A DNA stretch of 64,000 bases from an uncultured SAR86 cluster bacterium (GTDB taxonomy: Bacteria > Pseudomonadota > Gammaproteobacteria > Magnimaribacterales > TMED112), in the NCBI GenBank assembly GCA_902535365.1, contig CACATF010000002.1, positions 15,114 through 79,113 on the forward strand. Reading direction: 5' to 3'. This document shows, piece after piece, positions 59,717-64,000 of the stretch (positions are counted from its first letter, which is position 1; each line of letters begins with the position of its first letter). The position numbers and the translations under genes are program-made. A model generated the notes under the pieces. That model had not been told where the DNA came from. It was given only the letters and a program-made list of their open reading frames with translations, and ran no database searches.

Positions 59717-60880
59717 ATGTTTAATTTTTTTGACAGCAATCGTGAAGATGTGGGCCTGCTGTTGTCCTCAGTAAAAAAATTTTGCGATACACATATTGAA
59801 CCCAACTACGATACTTGGGAAACAGATGGTATATTTCCAAAATCACTATGGCATAAACTGGGTGAATCAGGTTTTTTATGTATTGATATACCAGAGAAGT
59901 ATGGTGGTCAGGGTGCTGACCCAGAACTAGCTATGAGCGTGCCAAGTGCGATTACCTATGAGAACTATGGGTCTGTTTCAGTGGGTATGTCTGTACACTC
60001 CGATATCGTGGCTCACTATATACTTAACCTCGGTACAGAGGAGCAAAAACAAACCTATCTGCCCAAGATGGCATCAGGAGATTACATTGGTGCTATTGCA
60101 ATGACTGAGCCTGCTGCAGGCAGCGACCTTCAAGGTATAAAAACCCACGCTAAATTTGATGGTTCAAATTGGGTTATCAATGGATCAAAAACATTTATTA
60201 CCAATGGGCAGCATGCGGACCTTGTAATAGTTGCTGCCAAGACAAATCTGGAAGCAAAAGGGTCTTCAGGAATTTCATTGTTTTTGGTAGAAGCAGATAA
60301 TGAAGGCTTCAGTAGAGGAAGAAATTTAGAAAAATTGGGTCTTCATAGTTCTGATACATCTGAATTATTTTTCAATGAACTCAAAGTTCCAGAAAGCGCA
60401 CTATTGGGTGGCGAAGACAAGGGTTTCATTTCTTTAATGGAAGAATTGCCAAGAGAAAGGCTTGCCTTAGCTGTTAATGCAGTTGCTGCAATCAGAGGAA
60501 TGTTAGACATTACCTCTAATTATGCTCAAGAGAGAGAAGCATTTGGCAAACCAATATCTCAATTTCAGCATCTGAGGTTTAAATTTGCTGAGATGGAAAC
60601 AAAATACCGACTAAACAGCGCTTTCATAAAAGAATGTCTTAATTTATTTCAAACAAATTCCTTAGATACTGGAACAGCCTCTATGGCAAAACTTGCTAGC
60701 ACGGAAGCGCAGTGTGAAATAGCTGACACATGCTTACAAATGTTTGGTGGGTACGGTTACATGAAAGAATACCCAATATCTCGAGCTTTTGCTGATGCTA
60801 GAATACAAAAAATTTATGGTGGCACTAGTGAAATAATGCTTGAACTTATATCCAGAGATTCTTTTAGCAATAAATCATGA
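59717..60880 (+). CDS. Acyl-CoA dehydrogenase
   Basis: ACAD blocks GAIAMTEPAAGSDL, WVINGSKTFITNG and QMFGGYGYMKEYPISRAFADARIQKIYGGTSEI. Confidence 0.92.
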   Translation: MFNFFDSNREDVGLLLSSVKKFCDTHIEPNYDTWETDGIFPKSLWHKLGESGFLCIDIPEKYGGQGADPELAMSVPSAITYENYGSVSVGMSVHSDIVAHYILNLGTEEQKQTYLPKMASGDYIGAIAMTEPAAGSDLQGIKTHAKFDGSNWVINGSKTFITNGQHADLVIVAAKTNLEAKGSSGISLFLVEADNEGFSRGRNLEKLGLHSSDTSELFFNELKVPESALLGGEDKGFISLMEELPRERLALAVNAVAAIRGMLDITSNYAQEREAFGKPISQFQHLRFKFAEMETKYRLNSAFIKECLNLFQTNSLDTGTASMAKLASTEAQCEIADTCLQMFGGYGYMKEYPISRAFADARIQKIYGGTSEIMLELISRDSFSNKS

Positions 60881-60925
60881 TTTTGTAGAGAATAGAGCTT
60901 CAATAGATTAAAATTAGCCCATCTT

Positions 60926-61912
60926 ATGAAAGTAGTAATTACAGGCGCCGCAGGACAAATTTCATACTCTCTTATCCCTTTCTTGTGCGAAAAGGGAATT
61001 TTTAATTCAGAAGAAAAATTAGATTTAGCTTTAGTAGAAATTCCAGGCGCTATGGAAAGGCTGGATGGTTTTGTAAAAGAACTCGAGGACTCTGCCTACT
61101 CTACTGTCAATACAATTTCTACCTATGACAATATTCAAGATGCGGTTGTGGATGCTGATTGGTGCCTATTGGTCGGTTCGATTCCGAGAGGTATTGTTTT
61201 GAATGGTAAAGAAATAAAAGAAAGATCAGACCTCTTAAAAATAAATGGTGGGATTTTTACTGAGCAAGGCAAGGCTATTGGAGAAAAGGCAAAAGATAAC
61301 TGCAAGGTTTTGGTTGTTGGTAATCCTGCAAACACTAATGCCCTAATTGGTTACAGCAATTCTTCAAACAAAGATCATTTGTGGATGGCCATGACCATGC
61401 TTGATGGTTTAAGAGCAAAAGCGCAACTTTCTCAGAAACTAAATTGTCATGTGGATGATATTTATAGACTGGCAATTTTTGGGAATCATAGTCCAACAAT
61501 GTTTCCTGACCTTGAAAATACAAATGTAAATGGAAAAAATGCATACGAACTCATAAATGATCATGCTTGGGTTAAAAATGAATATTTACCACGCATCCAA
61601 CAACGTGGTGCTGAGATTATAAAAGCACGAGGAGCATCGTCAGCATCGTCAGCTGCCAGAGCAGCATGCGATACAGTAAAAGCTGTTGAACATCCAACAA
61701 GATCTGGTGATGTGTTTAATGCAGCAATCTTAAGTGATGGTTCATATGGGATACCAGAAGGCATTTTTTCAGGCTTTCCATTGATTTCTGATGGATCAGG
61801 CAATATTGAGATAGTTCGTGATTTTAATCTAAGCGATTTTGCAAAATCTAAATTAGAAATTACAGCGAATGAACTTCTTGAAGAGAGAGATCTAGTTCAA
61901 GAGCTAATTTAA
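60926..61912 (+). CDS. mdh: Malate dehydrogenase (LDH-like, 328-aa type)
   Basis: NAD fold MKVVITGAAGQISYSL. GNPANTN. Catalytic HS block (FGNHSPTMFPD). Confidence 0.93.
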   Translation: MKVVITGAAGQISYSLIPFLCEKGIFNSEEKLDLALVEIPGAMERLDGFVKELEDSAYSTVNTISTYDNIQDAVVDADWCLLVGSIPRGIVLNGKEIKERSDLLKINGGIFTEQGKAIGEKAKDNCKVLVVGNPANTNALIGYSNSSNKDHLWMAMTMLDGLRAKAQLSQKLNCHVDDIYRLAIFGNHSPTMFPDLENTNVNGKNAYELINDHAWVKNEYLPRIQQRGAEIIKARGASSASSAARAACDTVKAVEHPTRSGDVFNAAILSDGSYGIPEGIFSGFPLISDGSGNIEIVRDFNLSDFAKSKLEITANELLEERDLVQELI

Positions 61913-61927
61913 CTTCAAATTAAGCTT

Positions 61928-63394
61928 TTATTTTAAAGTTGGGAAGAACACCACATCCCTGATAGATGTTTTGTTAGTTGCCAGCATAACAAGTCTATCT
62001 ATGCCTATTCCAACACCTACTGCTGGAGGCATTCCATACTTTAATGCATTAATATAGTCGTCATCAAACGACATGGCTTCCTGATCACCAAGATCTTTCT
62101 GAAGAAGCTGTTTATCAAATCTTTCTTCTTGATCTAAGGGATCATTAAGCTCACAGAAAAAGTTAGCAATTTCTCTTCCTGCAATGAAAAGCTCTATTCT
62201 GTCCGTATACTCAGGATCATCATCTTTTTTTCTTGATAAAGGTGAAACTTCATATGGATAATCTTTTACAAAAATTGGATCCCATAAATCTTTTTCAACA
62301 TGCTCTTCAAACATTTCAAGCAACACTTTGCCCCAACCCCAGTTTTTTTGGATTTTAAGTTTGTGTTTTTTTGCCTCAGCCATTATTTCATCTTCAGTTT
62401 CTAAGCTTTTAATCTTTAATTTCTCTTTCAATAAATCCTTTATTGATGCCACTCTAAAATTATTGTTTAAATTGAGTGGTTTATTCTCATATTCTATTTC
62501 TAGGGAATCGTTGACAGCTAGAACACTATTTTGGACAAGCTTTTGCACAAAATTTGTTGTTTTTTCTAGAGAACCGTATGCCTCGTAAAACTCTAGCATT
62601 GTAAATTCTGGGTTATGAACTGTTGATATTCCTTCGTTCCTAAAGTTTCGATTGATTTCATATACCCTGTCGTATCCACCAACTAACAACCTTTTAAGAT
62701 AGAGTTCTGGTGCAATTCTTAAATATAGTTTTTTATCAAGAGCATTATGATGCGTTTCAAATGGTTTTGCATTCGCACCTCCAGGTATTGGGTGCATCAT
62801 TGGTGTCTCAACTTCAAGAAATTTTTGTTCCTCTAAGTCAGATCTAAGAGATTTAATAATTGCATTTCTTTTTATAAAGATATCTCTTGAATCTTTGTTG
62901 CTCATTAAATCGATATATCTTTGTCTGTATATGGTTTCGATATCTTGAAGGCCCTTATGCTTATCAGGCATAGGTTTTAGAGACTTTGTTAATAACTGAT
63001 AATGTTTTGCCTCAATTGTTAACTCATCCGTACGCGTTCTAAATAATTGCCCAGAAACTCCAACAATATCACCAACATCCAATGTCTTAATATTTTCAAT
63101 TTCATCATCAAAATTATTTTTAGAGAAATATCCCTGAACAGAACCAGAAGTATCCTCAATTGTCATAAAAACAACTTTTCCCATTTCTCTTTTCAGAATT
63201 ACCCTTCCAGCAGTGGATACTTGAATAGCAGCTTTTTCTAAATCTTCTTTTGAAAGACTTCCATGTGCCTGAACAATATCACCAATATCTTCTGCTTTAT
63301 TGAAATCATTGGGATAGTTGAAACCAGCCTCTTTAAGCTTATTAAGCTTTTCTTCTCGGTCTCTTTCAATCTTATTAAGTTCTTTAGTATCCAT
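61928..63394 (-). CDS. lysS: Lysyl-tRNA synthetase (class II)
   Basis: OB anticodon-binding N-domain. Class II motifs ([11 protein letters not shown]; [12 protein letters not shown]). prfB-lysS linkage. Confidence 0.95.
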   Translation of the reverse strand: MDTKELNKIERDREEKLNKLKEAGFNYPNDFNKAEDIGDIVQAHGSLSKEDLEKAAIQVSTAGRVILKREMGKVVFMTIEDTSGSVQGYFSKNNFDDEIENIKTLDVGDIVGVSGQLFRTRTDELTIEAKHYQLLTKSLKPMPDKHKGLQDIETIYRQRYIDLMSNKDSRDIFIKRNAIIKSLRSDLEEQKFLEVETPMMHPIPGGANAKPFETHHNALDKKLYLRIAPELYLKRLLVGGYDRVYEINRNFRNEGISTVHNPEFTMLEFYEAYGSLEKTTNFVQKLVQNSVLAVNDSLEIEYENKPLNLNNNFRVASIKDLLKEKLKIKSLETEDEIMAEAKKHKLKIQKNWGWGKVLLEMFEEHVEKDLWDPIFVKDYPYEVSPLSRKKDDDPEYTDRIELFIAGREIANFFCELNDPLDQEERFDKQLLQKDLGDQEAMSFDDDYINALKYGMPPAVGVGIGIDRLVMLATNKTSIRDVVFFPTLK

Positions 63395-64000
63395 TTTTCA
63401 AACTTTCTTTTATGAAGTTGTTAATTTTACCATCTAATACGGCCTGAGTATTTGTTTCTTCATATTTGGTTCTTATGTCTTTAATACGTGATTGATCAAG
63501 AACATATGATCGAATTTGATTGCCCCATCCGATATCTGTTTTTGAATCTTCAATTTTTTGAATTTCCTCTTCTTTTTTTTGCATTTCCAATTCATAAAGT
63601 TTTGATTTTAATTGTTTTATTGCTCTGTCTTTATTTTGATGTTGTGATCTTTGTGATTGACACTGAACAACAAGTCCTGTCGGTTCATGAGTAAGCCTAA
63701 CTGCTGAGTCAGTCTTATTAACATGCTGACCTCCAGCACCACTTGCTCTGTAGGTATCAATTCTAACCTTTGACATATCTAATTCTATTTCAACATCATC
63801 TTCAATTTCAGGAGATACAAACACAGCTGCAAAAGAGGTATGTCTTCTATTTCCTGAATCAAATGGAGATTTTCTTACTAATCTATGTATGCCGGTTTCA
63901 GTTCTTAACCAGCCGAATGCATAAGTGCCTGAAATATGAATACTTGCGCTTTTTATACCAGCAACATCACCAGAAGAATATTCCTCAATCTTTACCTTAA
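63384..64000 (-). CDS. prfB: Peptide chain release factor 2, C-terminal two-thirds (5' end lies right of the window)
   Basis: GGQ motif ([16 protein letters not shown]). My manual translation of 63825..64000 stays open and reads ...[24 protein letters not shown], with the RF2-specific SPF. The track's GTG at 63824 is therefore internal. Confidence 0.93.
   Translation of the reverse strand, partial: KVKIEEYSSGDVAGIKSASIHISGTYAFGWLRTETGIHRLVRKSPFDSGNRRHTSFAAVFVSPEIEDDVEIELDMSKVRIDTYRASGAGGQHVNKTDSAVRLTHEPTGLVVQCQSQRSQHQNKDRAIKQLKSKLYELEMQKKEEEIQKIEDSKTDIGWGNQIRSYVLDQSRIKDIRTKYEETNTQAVLDGKINNFIKESLKNGY

Noticed and set aside
61175-61185. GGTTCGATTCC, identical to the tRNA T-loop consensus
   Set aside because: It lies inside the conserved mdh coding frame (LLVGSIPRG). 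The flanks give only a 4-bp T-stem and no acceptor, D or anticodon arms.
63825-64000. Looked for the programmed +1 frameshift site of prfB
   Set aside because: Only the post-frameshift body of RF2 is in the window. The frameshift site (near codon 25) would lie beyond base 64000, so nothing can be said.
1-64000. Scan for CRISPR arrays, IS elements, integrases, phage genes, toxin-antitoxin pairs or defence islands
   Set aside because: I saw no regularly spaced direct repeats, no transposase- or integrase-like ORFs, and no tRNA attachment sites. Apart from the regions listed as findings, the window reads as conserved core genome.

Overview
By eye this is an AT-rich, very gene-dense chromosomal segment with about 70 protein genes, most overlapping or separated by fewer than 20 nt. 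Gene content and synteny are gammaproteobacterial: nqrABCDEF-apbE-nqrM; mnmA-purB-aceB-aceA divergent from icd-clpS-clpA with convergent infA; gltBD; rpmF-fabD-fabG-acpP-mltG-tmk-holB; rpoE-rseA-degP-lepA-lepB-era-recO-acpS-adk-tsaB-uppP-rsmJ; sdhE/ygfZ; ung; serA; nrdAB; mdh; prfB-lysS. The style fits a genome-streamlined marine heterotroph; SAR86-like is only a low-confidence guess. I saw no rRNA, tRNA, CRISPR array, transposase, integrase or phage genes. The strongest non-coding signal is a glnA-type glutamine riboswitch aptamer (29318..29370). It lies in the leader of a putative porin - ammonium transporter - (secreted amidase) unit, divergent from gltBD, with no glnK next to amt. Two copies of a 20-nt hairpin element of unknown function precede it. 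Other points: a peroxisome-like (MFE-2/SCPx-type) beta-oxidation cluster split into separate genes (56652..60880). A compact anti-sigma-E protein that looks like an RseA-N/RseB-C fusion. NrdR boxes plus DnaA-like boxes upstream of nrdA. A perfect inverted pair of DnaA boxes upstream of ung. A 503-bp AT-rich intergenic region with three DnaA-type boxes. An unlisted 52-codon nqrM. Head-to-head overlapping start codons of sdhE and ygfZ. Canonical operons that lack rnc, pdxJ, plsX, fabH, fabF and pabC. All protein calls rest on motifs and synteny read from the supplied translations; no database search was run.
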